Positions 33,201 to 47,717 of a stretch of DNA of 64,000 nt are shown piece by piece (position 1 is the stretch's first letter; each line of letters begins with the position of its first letter). The stretch comes from Auanema rhodensis (taxonomy: Eukaryota > Animalia > Nematoda). The notes below the pieces were generated by a model, which was not told where the DNA came from, did not search any database, and saw only the letters and a program-made list of their open reading frames with translations. The stretch spans positions 16,616,001 to 16,680,000 of the forward strand of contig OZ059897.1 of assembly GCA_964057225.1 (NCBI GenBank), written 5' to 3'. Position numbers and translations under genes: made by a program.

Positions 33201-36200
33201 CTAATTTGTTCATTTTTAACAACGTTAGCTTTTCATCTAGTTATTTGTTATCTGTATATACATATGTAAGTACATATCTATAGATATATGTATGTATCTA
33301 TACAGATGAACAACATGGATTATCAGTTTTTAATTTTCCTCATTGCAATTATTCTTCTGTAGCCCTTTAGGCTATGTTTTCCACCAGTCATCTGATGTCC
33401 TTCTACCTACAACTCCAGAAACATATTCTAAACATCTGTTTCATTCATTCTTTCCAGAACCAAAACATCTGACATCATCATGATCGTTTAATCATCCATG
33501 TTTCTTCACTTTTCTCTTTTCATTTTTCATTTTCTTTCAAATGTTTCTTCATTTTTCGAGGGTCACCAGCTTACCTAGGTTATCATTTTTTGTATTGACC
33601 GAATGTTGTCTCAAACCCAAAGCCCTCAGCTGATTCCGATCTCATTTTCCTCTTGAAATTCTCTTCTTCCACTTTTCTTCTTTTCATCTCTCCATATTTC
33701 AAATCGTTTCCCTTACCTCTTCCTCATTTTCTCCTCTACTTTCCCTCTTTCTCTCTTATTCTGCTCCTCTTTGTGTACTTAGTTGTTCAATGACATCGAT
33801 GCCTTTGCCTATTTTTCTATTGGTTTTTCGCCTCGAATTTCATAGATCCTTTGCTGTATGTCTTCCAGTTTTATTGTCGGTATTTCTCCCAGACAATCAT
33901 TAATATTTTAATGAAAAAACTCTTTTTCCTTTTTGAGTATCCAACAGTCAATTGGTTCAGATCAAATATCAATTTTAATTAAATTTTATTTGACAATCCT
34001 ATGATTCTTGATTATATTTCTTTGTAATATGACCACTAATGCTCATTTCGGAACATTTTTTTCAGAACAAAATTCTTTTTTTTATATTATTTCTCTCAAA
34101 ATCTTAATGTAAACACTCATTTATTTCTTGGAAATATCTATAATTCAAATAAGTTTTTTTCTTCCAATTCCTCTTCCAACTTTGACTTTATTTAACGAAA
34201 CAAGAGAATCGTTTATAACATAACAAGTGAATAAGGCAAAGAAATAATAAGATAAAATGAGTTTGATGACAGGAAAGAGGTTAAGTTCAAGCTTAAGATC
34301 ATAAAAGTACTCACAAAAGACGAAAAAAGAAAGTAGTCAGTGGACTTGAGTTCAACTCCATTCCAATAAAAATTGTTAAGAAACCCCTTCCGTCTCTGCT
34401 TAGCATCGTCGTCGTCATTTCCGGTCTCATGAATTAAGACAAAAGATTGTAAAAAGACCTCCGAGTTCTTTAGTCTCAGCTTCAAAACTTACAAGCAGCA
34501 TGCTCGTCATCTTTTCCTGTTTTCTGACCTTATAGTGTTGCTATTCTGCTTAATTTTTAGTTGACTAAAGTAACTCATCAGTATACACATAGGTTAAGTA
34601 TTATAATTAATTCTTTCGCTTTTCAGTCGTTTTTCTGTAAAAGTTTCACTATTCATAGTATAGAATGTCCTCTATTACCTTTCTATTTACATCTATATAT
34701 TATTATTCTACTTCTACTATTCTAAACTATGCTTAAATCACAAATCTCTCTATGTTGATCTTCGATGATTTGCTGACTTTCCCAAAAAAAGTCGAAAAGA
34801 CGAAATCCCTTTGGGATCATCAAAAACCGACAAGTGCTCCATTACCCGCCTGTTTTTCAAATTGAAACACCATCTAATCTGATTGTTCTGTAGAAAATTG
34901 ACTTATAAACAAACTGAATAGTTGAGAAATCTTTGAAATATTCAGTCGTTATGGTTTATGAGTCAGAAATATATATACTATTTATGACAATAAATGCTGT
35001 TTTTTCTTTATTCCATAGATAAGCTATACTATATGTTATTTTGTGAATTCTTATCGAGCTAACAGATAGTTATGCACTTCAAAATAATATTTTTTTGTTC
35101 TTAAAACTATCTTTTTCTTTTTTTTTTCTATTTTTATTAGAATTTTGACAAATAATTAATTTTATTTAAATGTTTATTAAACAAATGAACTTTTTATTTG
35201 ATTTTATCAATACAATTCATCTTAATTTTTCTTATAACGTGTGTCATGTTTGAATTTTCATCAGCTATGAAGAAAGATATCCTTGAGTACACATTTAGTA
35301 TAATATTACTATTATATATAAATATATAAAATAATTATAAAAATTATAATGAGAGAGAGAGAGAGAGAAGATTTTTTTTTATTAATAGAAAGTTTTAATA
35401 GAATATCTTAATGCATATCTATCTATATCTATATATAATATGTATATATACATATATGTATAATGTATGTATACGTAGTTAACATATTGCATTAAGATTT
35501 GTCTTTTAGTTTGATTTTTCCATTTAAATCTAATTCAATTGTTTCACCATATATGATGTAATTATTACGAAAGCTTTAAATCTCATCTTTCAACTAAAAT
35601 CTTCTCTCTCTCCATCTCTCTCTCAATCTCTTTTACCTCTTTCTCTCTCTCTCCCTTTATCTCTCTTTCAATTTATATGTTTCTTTCTCTTAAAGTATTT
35701 TTTATTGAATTTTACTTGCTGAATATCTTCCTTCTTCTTCAATATTCTCATTTTTATTCTTTTTCTTTAGTTTTTGATACCAAATAAGTCCAATCTAAAA
35801 GTAATATTATTATTATTTATTATACTTTCATCTAGGTAATCTTCTTCTAAAAGTTAATTGCCAAAATATTTTTATATGATTTGTCTGATATCCTCGTCAT
35901 ACTCATTGGTTACATATTTCGAAGTTTCTTCCATCTCAAAGTTTTTCTAATAAAATTTTTTTGTGAGGATTAAACCATATGAGTGAAGAATTTCTTTTTT
36001 CCCTCGAATATCTCATTGCATTTTTCAATTCCTTTTGTAGAAAAAGAAGTTTATATAATTTATTTCATAAATACTTTCAATATACTTTTTGGATTTAGTA
36101 AAAGATTGAAGATTGTCATCTTCTTTTTCATTTTCATTTACTTTTGATATTCTATTTTCAATTTTTTTTGTATTTAAATTAAAAATGTAAATGATATTTA

Positions 36201-39200
36201 TATTATTAACTATATTCTAATATTATTTATTATTATTATTACTATATACCCATATATATATATATTTATAAATAATCTAAATCAAAAGAAGTTCACTCAA
36301 CTATTAAACTTATTATGTACTTTCATTATTCAAATGTATTATTCTTTAATAATTATTTATATGAGAAACTGTTACCAAATATGACCTTAATTATTGCATA
36401 AACTATTTGTATATTTAAGCATTATTCTAAAACTTTTTTTTCTTCTTTTCAAAAGTAAAGATGAATTTTCATCTTCTATTATTTCAATTTTTGTAATAAT
36501 CTCATCTTATATATGAAATTTTTAAATTAATATTCAAATATTATTTTTTAACAAAAAAAAAACAACAAAATCATTCATATATGGATATTTAAACTTTTAC
36601 ATTTTCATATAGTTCAGTATTATTGACCTTTTATTGCAGTAATTTTTGCAAAAAATAATACATAGAAACCTTATTTTCAAAAAAAAAATGTTTTCTATTT
36701 CTTTTACTTTTATTTTGTTTCCAAAATTGACCTGATTCACATAGCTTAAGCTAATTTTCTTTATATATGAGATATTCTATCGTATAAATTAGATTTATTA
36801 TATATCAATTCATATATAGTTAGTCAGCGAAAAGCTCACAAATATCTTTTTCTTCTTTTTATTCATAAAAAGGAAAAAAATGAACTCGCAAAAGCTTCTT
36901 GATTTGGAACAGTTTACTTATCTTCTTTATTCCTTTCCTTTCGTTCTTTTTTCAATTTTACTTTCACAAAAAAAAGAAGAAGAAGAAAAGTTTTTTTCTG
37001 GACAGAAGTAGCCCATTCATCATAAGTTTCATCTTAGTTCCAACTTTCTTTTCAAATCAAAAATAATTTTTTAGCACCTTCAGATTATGCAAGCTTTCAA
37101 ATATTTCTTTTTCAAAAATTCATATATTTCTTAGACAAATTTCAACTATAGAATAGCTTTCGTCGGCCCAGCAACCATGAACTGAGGTCATAAGGTTTTC
37201 GTTGTTTATACAGCTTATTTAGAAAACGATTTCTATAAGACGAAAAAAAGGAGGGCGATACTAGAATGATTTAAAGAAATATATATATACATACATGTAT
37301 ATTGAGTTAAAAAAATACTTTTATGGAATATTAAAGAATTTTTTATAAAAAAAAATAAAATTATAGTTTTTCTTAATTATAATTCTTATTATACGAATGC
37401 TGATGAAAGTTTAAAATTTATTTTTTAAACTCTTATTCATGTAAAATGGAAAATGAATGAGTAACTCCCTTATTTTTCTATCACTTTTGTTAAAGAAACT
37501 TGATTAAATGCCTCAAAAAAACAATCTTTTATGAATTTTATATTAAAAATCTTGATTAATACTCAAATAAATTTTCTAGATCTTATATCTTTTTCAATCC
37601 TACACCGAAACATATTATTTTTTTTTTGAATAAAATGAAAAAAATTACAGAAAAGTGAATAATTGCTTCAGAAATGTAGATGTAACATTAATAAATACAT
37701 ACATACATATGTATATATCTAGGTACATATTGTATTTAATTTTTTTCTTTTTTTTTTCAAAAATTATTTGTTCATTTCATCGTTTTTTCATTTCTTTATC
37801 TCTTTTCAACATTTTGTTCATTAACTATTATCATAGCTAAGTATATCGAAACAAGTTTTTTTTGTGCAAATTTCATAAGCTACTTGATCTTGCAGAATCG
37901 GAGGCTTTTGCTTAAAACCCATTTATTCATGAATTCCCTAGGCTTATTTCTACTAAACCATAAGTTTAACTTTAACAAAAAAATTTTCAAATCACAACTG
38001 GATCATGTACTTTACATAAAATTTTAAAATTTGTTCTGATTATCATCAATATATTTTATAAAAAAAAACATATTTTTATAGTTATAAATGTGTTTTCAAA
38101 CTTAAAAGTTCAATTTAATATTTCTCATAAGATTTTGATTACAAATTGACTAGAAAACTTTGACTAGTTATTATTAATGTCTGAGTTTTAAGCTTTATAG
38201 GAAGATCATGTCTAAAGTATAAGAAATAACTTTCAAGTAATAGTAGAACTTAAGGATATCGTAGTCATGTAGGTCATAGTCATCAATTCAAATGAAAGTG
38301 GAAATCCTAACGTTAGAGCTTGTGATTGAAACCAATTTTCATGGAATTGCCAACACAAATATAATATTTTATCTTTTTTTTTTCTTTCTCTCTTAGTAAT
38401 ATTCTCGAAATATCTTCAAATTTTTCTTTTAGTTAATTCTATGATCTTCATAGTTTAAGTAAATAATTTCTACGTGAACGACCATGATAAGTATTACTCT
38501 ATCGATGAATATCAAACAGAATTCTAAATATTTTCATGTCAGTTGCGTGATTTCTTATGTTTTATCAACGAAAAAATATATTATTTCCATATAGCTACTA
38601 TGCCGAAAATCACGACAGAATTCGGTATTAACGTCATTCGTCTCCAAAAATCTATTTTTCTCATATGATTATATTCCCATATTCTTTACTTTCTTCTTTT
38701 TTTTTGCAATTTGCAACATTATGTCATTTATATGTGTATAATGAAAAGATGTGTAGGAGTCTCATCTTTAGATTTCAAAATTTTCACAAGAAAACTTATG
38801 ATCATATTCATTATATGTATATTGACATTATAAAACATTTCATTCGACTCATTCCTCTTCTTCTTCTTCTTCATCATCTACTTCATCTTCTTCGTCTACT
38901 TCAACTCTGTCTTCTTCTCATTCTTTTATTTTTCAAAATTCGAATTTTTTGAATAAAAAATAAAATATTTTTCAATTTTTTGACCTTTTCTTTACAAATA
39001 ATCCTTATATGATATCTATAATAACATCTAAAGTTGCAAAAAAAATTATTTGATTTTTGAAATTCTAAATTCAATTTCATCGTTATATTTCCATTTTTAT
39101 TCATAACATGTCTTTGCTTCAAGAACAGTTTATTGTAACTGACCTCACTTACTAACCCTGTTCACATCTTCATACAACTTGTAAGATTCTTCTTTCTGTT

Positions 39201-42200
39201 AATTTTTCCGATTTTCTTTTGTAATTTTCTTGTAAAATCTTTAATTTACTTTGTTCAGTTTTAAATGTGGGGGCATAAGGAGAAGCCAGAGAGTCTGCTT
39301 CTTCGGAGCCATTTCTCTCCTATGGGGGGTCTTATGCACCATCATCCACAACATGATCTCTACCGTAATCTTCATACAACATCACGTCCTAATGTATTAT
39401 GGAAAGGTGACACAGCCAGGAAAAAGCGTTTTGGTATGTTTAAAATATAAAAATAAATAAATAAAAATATATAAATGTTGATAACATTATTATAATTAGT
39501 AAAAATTATAAACTATATAAGGTTATTAATTTTGATAAACAAGTTCAAATACAAACTATCATTACTCCGTTTGAAAACATTAAATTCTTTTTTTTTTTGA
39601 ATTTTTATTTAAAAAAATAATTTATTTACAATATTTTACAATAATCAAAATTGCAAAAAAAAAATTATAATAAACAAATGATTATATATGTATATATAGT
39701 ATACATACTTATACATATATGTATGTATGTATAGATAGTTGAAATTAATTTTTAAAATATCAATCTATGATTATTAATTTGTGAATAAGTTAGGTTAGTT
39801 GAGAATTTCAATCAACATACATCATATTTCAACTTTATACAACGAACATCAAAATGTTATAAACGTGTTGATCACATATCTAACTAATGAAATCTTTAAT
39901 CCGTTATCTTCTTAAGATCAACGATTTTTGAATAATATTTTTCATATTTTTTAAAATTTTTCTTACGGTGACAATGAAAAAGTGTAAAAGAGTAACCGTA
40001 TATCTCTTTTTTAAAAATAAAAAATTTAAACTTAAAATATTAATTAAAATATTATATAATATGTTTTTTTATATTTAAAAAAATATAAATAATTATAGTT
40101 AAAATACATAAACATATAATAACATTTGTTTTTAATTTTCTAATAAAAACTTCTATTCAATGTTATCATTAACTGCTTTTAAAAAAATGTTGTTAAGAGT
40201 TTTGGTTGAATAATTTAGAAGATAACATGAAAAAGAAACAAATCTAATCATTGAAGCTGAAAAAGTTTTTTTTTGCAAACTGCTACTACAGCTAAAACTT
40301 AAAAATTAGATAATTAGTAATTGAAGAATTGAAATAAGGTTAAGAAAATAATATTCTAGATTCACCTAAAAGTTTTTTTTCTTCAAGTTCATATAAACTG
40401 AACTATTTTACAACTAAAAAATACGGAAAAAGAATAAGTAAAGTTAAATTTGCATAGAAAATAATGTTCTGCTTAGTTTAAGTTTTTTTTAAAAAAACGT
40501 ATGACAACTTTGATGTTCTAAAAGAAAGTATAAAACATTGTGAATATTTTTTTCTTTTTAACTTTTAACCTTGTACTTATACAAATAGTTTCAGAGAATT
40601 ATTGAATTATTTGAAATTTCATAAATTAACTTTTTTTTTTCCTCGAAAACATTTTCGAAGGAAGAAACTCGAAACTTACTTACACTATAATATATAGTTT
40701 AAGATTTCTCTTTGCGTTTGTATTAAGTTTTCCGTAAATAATTGCAGGAAATCTAATTTTAAGTTTAAAATGTCAACTAACTGTACCTACCACTTCAAAA
40801 GAGCTTATCTCTCTCTTAACTTTCAATACTATCTTTCTATTTCTCTGCCACTAAAATAACTGCAGAAAAGTCTCTGCCAAACACTGTTTCATCCTCTTCA
40901 CATGTTCCCATGTTCCCCTTTCATTACCCTTCTACACAAAACATTTAATTTTTCTTTTTAAAACTTATTGATTTTCAAAGTTTTAAGTCATCCAAAACAA
41001 TCATTTAGTTGATATGATTCTTAAGTAAATCATCGTATACATGTACTATTATCTTTCCCTTTCTCGTAAGAGATAATCATAAAACCCTTTTAAAGCAAAA
41101 TGACAAAACTTCAAAATAGAAGACAGCCTGTCTTATCCTGTCAATGATTTCACTATATTTCTCTGTTAAAATCAAAAAAATTTAACTTTATTTTTCTTCT
41201 TTTACTTGTTTTCCCCTCCCTTTTTTGAATTTTAGTTTGAGATAGAATAGTCAAGTTTTCTAATTCTCAAATACATACATACGAATGTATGTATGCACAT
41301 ATGACAATCACATCTTATTAAATTGTGAAGTTGTCATTTGAATTTTCTGAAAAAAAGGTTTATTTCGACCAACATTTTTCCAAATTTATGTTCTTGCAAG
41401 CGAATGACTAATTTTCTCATTAATTACTTGAAAGGGTATTCGGAAAAATCCAAGTTTTATGTTGTAAAGTCTGAAAGACGTTAAGCTAGAGATAGAAATT
41501 TTGCAATGAAAGTTCAACATCTCAAGATACGTGCCAGGAGGATATAATGAGTTTTTACAAATTCATCATTTGCACGTTTGAACATGACTCTCATTTTTTT
41601 CTCAAACTTCCAAAACATTGAAAACTGCTATTGTACTTCATATTTTAGAAAAAAAATAGTTTTCTTCCTCAATTTATTAAAGGAAATCGAATATCTTCGT
41701 TTTTTGTTTTATAATATTTATGAAAATATCGTATTTCAATGCTGAATTTCAACTTATTAAGTTTTATAATATAACTTTTAGTTATAATAATAATAATAAG
41801 TAATAAATATTAAAATAAACTATATATGATATAAATCAATTGATTTAATATATTTTTCTTTTTAAAATAGGTTTCTCTTTAAAATAAGAAAGAAAATTGC
41901 TGATTGACATGCATATTCATGCTTACCATATATTAGTTTTTAATTTTGCAAACAAGAATATCCTTCATATTTCTTAAAACATTTTCCTTTTTTTGCTTTC
42001 TTATTGCTAAAACCTTTGGGAATTGTTCTTCGGGTTTTTGATAAGTTTTTTCCAAATGCGAAAGTTCAGGTTTTTGAATAAGATTAATGAAAACAAGAAA
42101 CAAACTATTTTCTTTTTTTTCTTTGAGGCATTTCATTTCTCAAAGATTGAAACTTCCCCCGAGGACATACATAGAGAAAGATAGAATGTTTAATCAAGAG

Positions 42201-45200
42201 AATTCGACGAAAGAAGAAGATAGTAAGGCATGTTCAGTAGACTAAGAATAGTCTATAAGATAAGCAAAGAAAGAGAGAAAGAAAGAAAAGAAACATTGTA
42301 AAAAGAGGGTAAATCAGATAGTTTTTATCAGAAAAAATGCTAAAAGCTATCTCTTGAGAGTTGTACCAAATGATATTTTTAAACAATTCAAGTTATGAAT
42401 TTTCATGAAAGGAATTCATCTTCATCTTTTTCATATTCCATTTTCTTATGCTATCGTTGATGGCATCTTTGATGTCTCAAAAACGTTCATTTTTCATCTT
42501 TTTTTTCTATTTCTTTTAATTTTTTTTGCAAATATAACTCTTTCCAGCCCACCATGAATACATTTAATTTTTTTTTAATTTTAACAAAAAAAAAATAAAT
42601 AAATTATAAAAATATATATTGAATAGATAATAGATGTATCATAATGATTGATGGATATGAATCAAAATTATTATGGTTCAAAGATTTTAAAACTGTTGCT
42701 TTCAAATTTCCTATTATTCATATGATGATGATGATGATGATGATAGTTTTTTCTCGATCTCTATCTATCATTCTATTTCTTTTTTCATTTTGCAACAAGT
42801 AAATTTCCCTCATCAATTGAAAACTTTTGCTGTAACTCATAAACAAAAAAAAATCTATTTCAAATAACTATGTAAGAAGAAAATCATAATATTTATATTA
42901 AAATATTCTGTTTTTTTGCCTTTTTTAGTTATGATTTAAACAAAAAGAAAAGTTTTTAACCTAACAACAATACGAGTTGACATAGAGATGTCTTTGTTCT
43001 TCTAGCAATAGAAATATCAGACTTTTCATTCAGACAGAAAGATGAGTATGAAGTAGTCGCCGACCCCTCGATTGAACAAAAAAAACATTTCTGTTCAACT
43101 TTTCAGAACCAAGTTTGTTGTCCTGAAAGAGTTTGAATCGGATGTTTCCTTCCAACTATCAGAACTATTAATGACATGACGTAGATTGTCATAAAAGCTA
43201 TTCTTAGAGCAATATGTTGGTAGTTGATGCTAAAGCCTACCGGTGTCATTTGTAATACTTGTGCATGATACAAGTAGATGTCAGAAACACCTGTGATACG
43301 GCTTCCTTCTCTCAAGTTCTCATGCTCATCCGTTCCGTTTGTCTGTTGTTTAGCTTCATTTCTTATCTACTTCCCTGTATCAAGAAGACATAAGATCTTT
43401 CAGTAAACATAGGAAAAAGATTTATAATAAGTATTATTAGAAATTAAGAAATAATAACATTAAACATTTGTTTAATTGAGGTTTGATCAAACTGTTTATC
43501 AACAATCAGCTGTTTCAAAGAAGTTTGATCAAACTGTTTATCAGCTTGTTAACTATAATTCAGTAAAAAAATTTGCAACGTTCTGATACATGTATTGAAG
43601 AATTTTCAATATTCATCCATCTTTTTTTTGATTTTCATTATAATTCTTTCGTTTTTTTTGTTTTTTTTTAAACCAAATAGATATTTGATGCTTTCAAAAA
43701 TATTTTTAAAGGTTTTGAATTTTATGAAGATAAATGGACTATCGGTAAAGACTAGATAAAGTTGGCAAACAATATAAAAAAAAACTTTTTTTTTAATGAT
43801 ATACATACCTTTTCCATATACATTCGTCAACTAACTTCAACTTTCATTTCGAAACAATGTTTTTAGTTTGAAAAAAATGGGTTGTGAACGTAAATTGACA
43901 AACAATTAGATACTAACTAGCATAAAATAAGTTTTCAACGTTCTTTTTGGAAATAAATTTCTGTTTAAATAGAAAAAAAGTTATTTTATACATGTTTATA
44001 AGTAAATACGTAACAGAAATTACATCTTTCTAGCTTCTTTCTTACAACACTTCAAGAGTTTCTACATATAAACACTTTCTAAATTGTTAAAAAAATGAAA
44101 AAAAAGGAAAACATCCTTCTTTTCTGACAAATTACAGGAAAAATTGGATTTTTCTTTTTCATGACCAATGGTCTTCTCTCATGCTCCGAGACTTATGCTG
44201 AGAAAAAGTTTTGGAGCGAAACATATACATTCCAACATACATACATGTCCATTCCTGCTATAAAATGATGAGAATAGTCGTTTTCAATCGAAAGATTCAT
44301 AAAAAATGCTCAGAAGGAACCTAAAGTTGAAAGTTTATCTTCAACAAATCTTTTCTTTGAAGTAAACACTTTAGAGCAAATTCTTAAGTTGGATAAAGAG
44401 AATGAGAAACAATGATAGGGCAAAAGATCCATTCAACAGCAGAATAACATTAAAAGAAAACTGGCAGATTGTAAATGAAAAAGTTTTCAAATTTTCAAAT
44501 AAGAAAATTGAATCTAATATCTTTAGAAAGTTCAAGAATATTCTGCTGCTATGAAGTTCAATGTCCTTTAATACTATACTACAGCACTCTCTTAAAGCTC
44601 ACTTAAGAGATTATAAATTTTAAATTGAACTTTTGGTAATTTTAAATCCTTCAATTCTGTTTTCAGAATTTAAAACAGAATCGAATTTTTCTGTATTTTT
44701 TTCTGCAAATAAGGTAAATTGTTTATTTAGATGAAGAAGATGAAATATATTTGAAAAACAACTTTAAGCTTGAAGTTTTTTTTTAAAAATTCCATTCAAG
44801 TATTTTAAAATAAATTTAATCCATTTTCTTCATCAAACTAAATATCTTAAATATCTCAAATAAATTACTCAAAATATATGAAAAAAGACAAAAAAATGTT
44901 TTATTTTTGAAATTATTTTCAAGTTAATTCAAGTAAAATCTTATATTTATCTGAATATTTGTCACATTCTTATCATTGATATCTATCTATTGATATGTAT
45001 ATCATACTTTCATAGTTCATTTGTTGTTTGTAACATAGGAAGATGAAGAAGAAGAGACAATCTAAGCATATCATAACAATCAAGATATTGCCATTTATGT
45101 TGATTGCTTCTCGATTTCAGAATAATTGAGGAAAGCTAGAATGATCTTCTGCTTTCATCACCTTCATCGGAATTGTCATCTATCTCTCCATCTTTGTTTT

Positions 45201-47686
45201 CTTCTTTACTTCCTCATAATTCTTTGAAATATTACCTAAAAAATATTTTTAGCTTTCTATTTTAATTTCCAGAATATTTTTTTATTTTTTATTAAAAAAA
45301 AGCTGAAAAGATATGAAGATTGATCATTTTTACTCGTCATACGGGATAAAACTCTTCTAATTTTTGAACTCTTCATTTCATTTTCTAAGAGAAACCAACA
45401 GCATAATGACGAAACAAACGACCGACAGACAGCTCCACCCCTTCCTCTTGGTCTTCGGGAGCCACGCCTCCTTCTGCTGATATCTTTGACTTTCATAGTT
45501 TGAAAGAAGTCCACGGCACTCCATTTTCGTTTTCATTTGATCCTCCTGAGCTGTCGGTAGAAAAGGATTTTAATGAATGGAATGTATTGTTATTATTCCT
45601 ATTACAACTAATTTTTTTTGTTTCTTTTCATTATTTTTCACTTATATTACATCATAATACAATCAGATTTCAATATGAATGAAATATCTGATTATTTATT
45701 CACAAGAACTTTGATATAAGGAAGAATAATCTCTTAATTTCATATAAGCATTCATCCCACCCTTATTCTTCGTCGGCTTCTAGTTGTATCATCCATTTTT
45801 ATGATTATCGCTCTGAACTAAGCTAATCAAGTTCCGTTCTAATTTTTTATTTTTTGTTCCGTATGAAGGAAAAAAATCTTTTTTGAGTTACTTTCCAGAA
45901 TAAATTAGAACGAAACAACTTCTTTTTTCAGAAAGTTTGACTTTTTCCTTTACTCTGTTCCTCCGACTTTAGTTCCATTTCCCTTTCAACTGATGACAAT
46001 ATTACTAACTGTCAGAAATGTATACAAACGACTGAATGAAATTATATTTTTGGAGTTTTTTATTTTTTTCGAATAAATATTCTGAAAATATAATTTTCAT
46101 ATTAGGACCAGACTAGTAGTTTGTCTAGTGTGAGTCGTCTAGTATGCTATAAGTGAAGCTAACAGCTATGCTTGTGATATCGACCAAATTTTTATTAAAT
46201 TATATATTTTAAAAGAAAAAAAAACGAAAGACAAATGATCTTTCTAATATTTTTTGTTATAATTCTAATAGTCTTCGTTTTTCTTTTTGTATAGAAAAAG
46301 GATAATATATATATATAAGACAGAACGATGAATTTGTCATCCATGATGAAGTCGTTTGTCTTTTCCTTTTTTTGTTTTTTTTTTCGTTGAAGGATACATC
46401 AATTCAAAGCGATTGTTTACTTGTTTACTGATTTGTTCTTTCTATAAACAAAATGTCTTGTCCACTGAAAAAATATCTTGTAATAATGGCCATTTCACTT
46501 AATCCCCCCTACCCCATCCCCTCTACAATCACCCTTCACTTGCTCTCTTTCTCTCTTTGTTATTCTCATCTCTCTTCAATACCTCTATCTTTCTATCATA
46601 CAATCATTGGCACAAGCTGTCTTCCTACCAACAAGCATAACCACTATTTCTCTTTCTATCTCCCTCACTCTTTATTTCATCTAACACTTTCCCTCTCTCT
46701 GTCTCTCACTATATTTTCTCTGTCTCATGTTTTTCTCTAGCAAGGCTCTCCACCCATCCAACTCCACCCAGAGCCTGACCCCACTCTCTAGTTTTCTATT
46801 TTCTATATAAAGTGTCTTTCCTTTTTTTTTGTTCATCTTCTTATTCTTTTTCATCATATTCATAATTATTTTATAAATTAAAATAATTATAAACTATTCT
46901 ATATATTTATTATGAAAATTATTTTTTATTTTATTGGACTTTTTCATTTTCTCCTCCTCATTGTATTCACAAAAAACTTTTTTTTTTTGGAGAAATGTTC
47001 AGCGGTAACATGGGTGTTGTCAACGATTACTTAATGTTCCGATTGTTGATAGATGATGTGGATCGCAAGAATCACAAAAGATATAGAAATAGTCTTTGTG
47101 TTCCTCGTTCCTCAGTTGGTGATATACATGGTAATGATAATCATATAAATTATATATTTTTTTGAATAAAATACAAAAAAACAAAAAAAAACATAAACTT
47201 ACTTCAAAAATATGTTTCAACATTCAAACAAAATACATAGTAACATGTACATATAGTTATATATACACAATAAACTTTTATTTTTCACAAATTTAACAGA
47301 AAACTAAAGAAAAAGGAGTATAATAGGCTGTTAGCTTCATTTCATGAGGGCTACTTCAACTTCTTATATTTTCATTTTTTTCTTTTTCAGAACCTTTTTG
47401 TTCTCCAATTGTTCCACACGTTCCAATTCGACAACGACTTTCAACACGACGTTGCACTAGCGGTTTGTTTTTCTTTTCCTTTTCAAGTAAAAAAACAGAA
47501 ATACTGTCTCTTTTCAATAGTTTGAAGTGACAAAGGTTTAGTTGATCATTTATTATTTTTGTGTTTATTTTGTTTTATTTTTTCTATTTATTATTAGTTT
47601 TTAGAAACTAATAAATGATAATTTCAAAACAAAAACTTATTTTAATTTAAAAAAAGAGAAGATTAAATGATTAATATTAAAATAAT

Positions 47687-47717
<31 letters not shown>

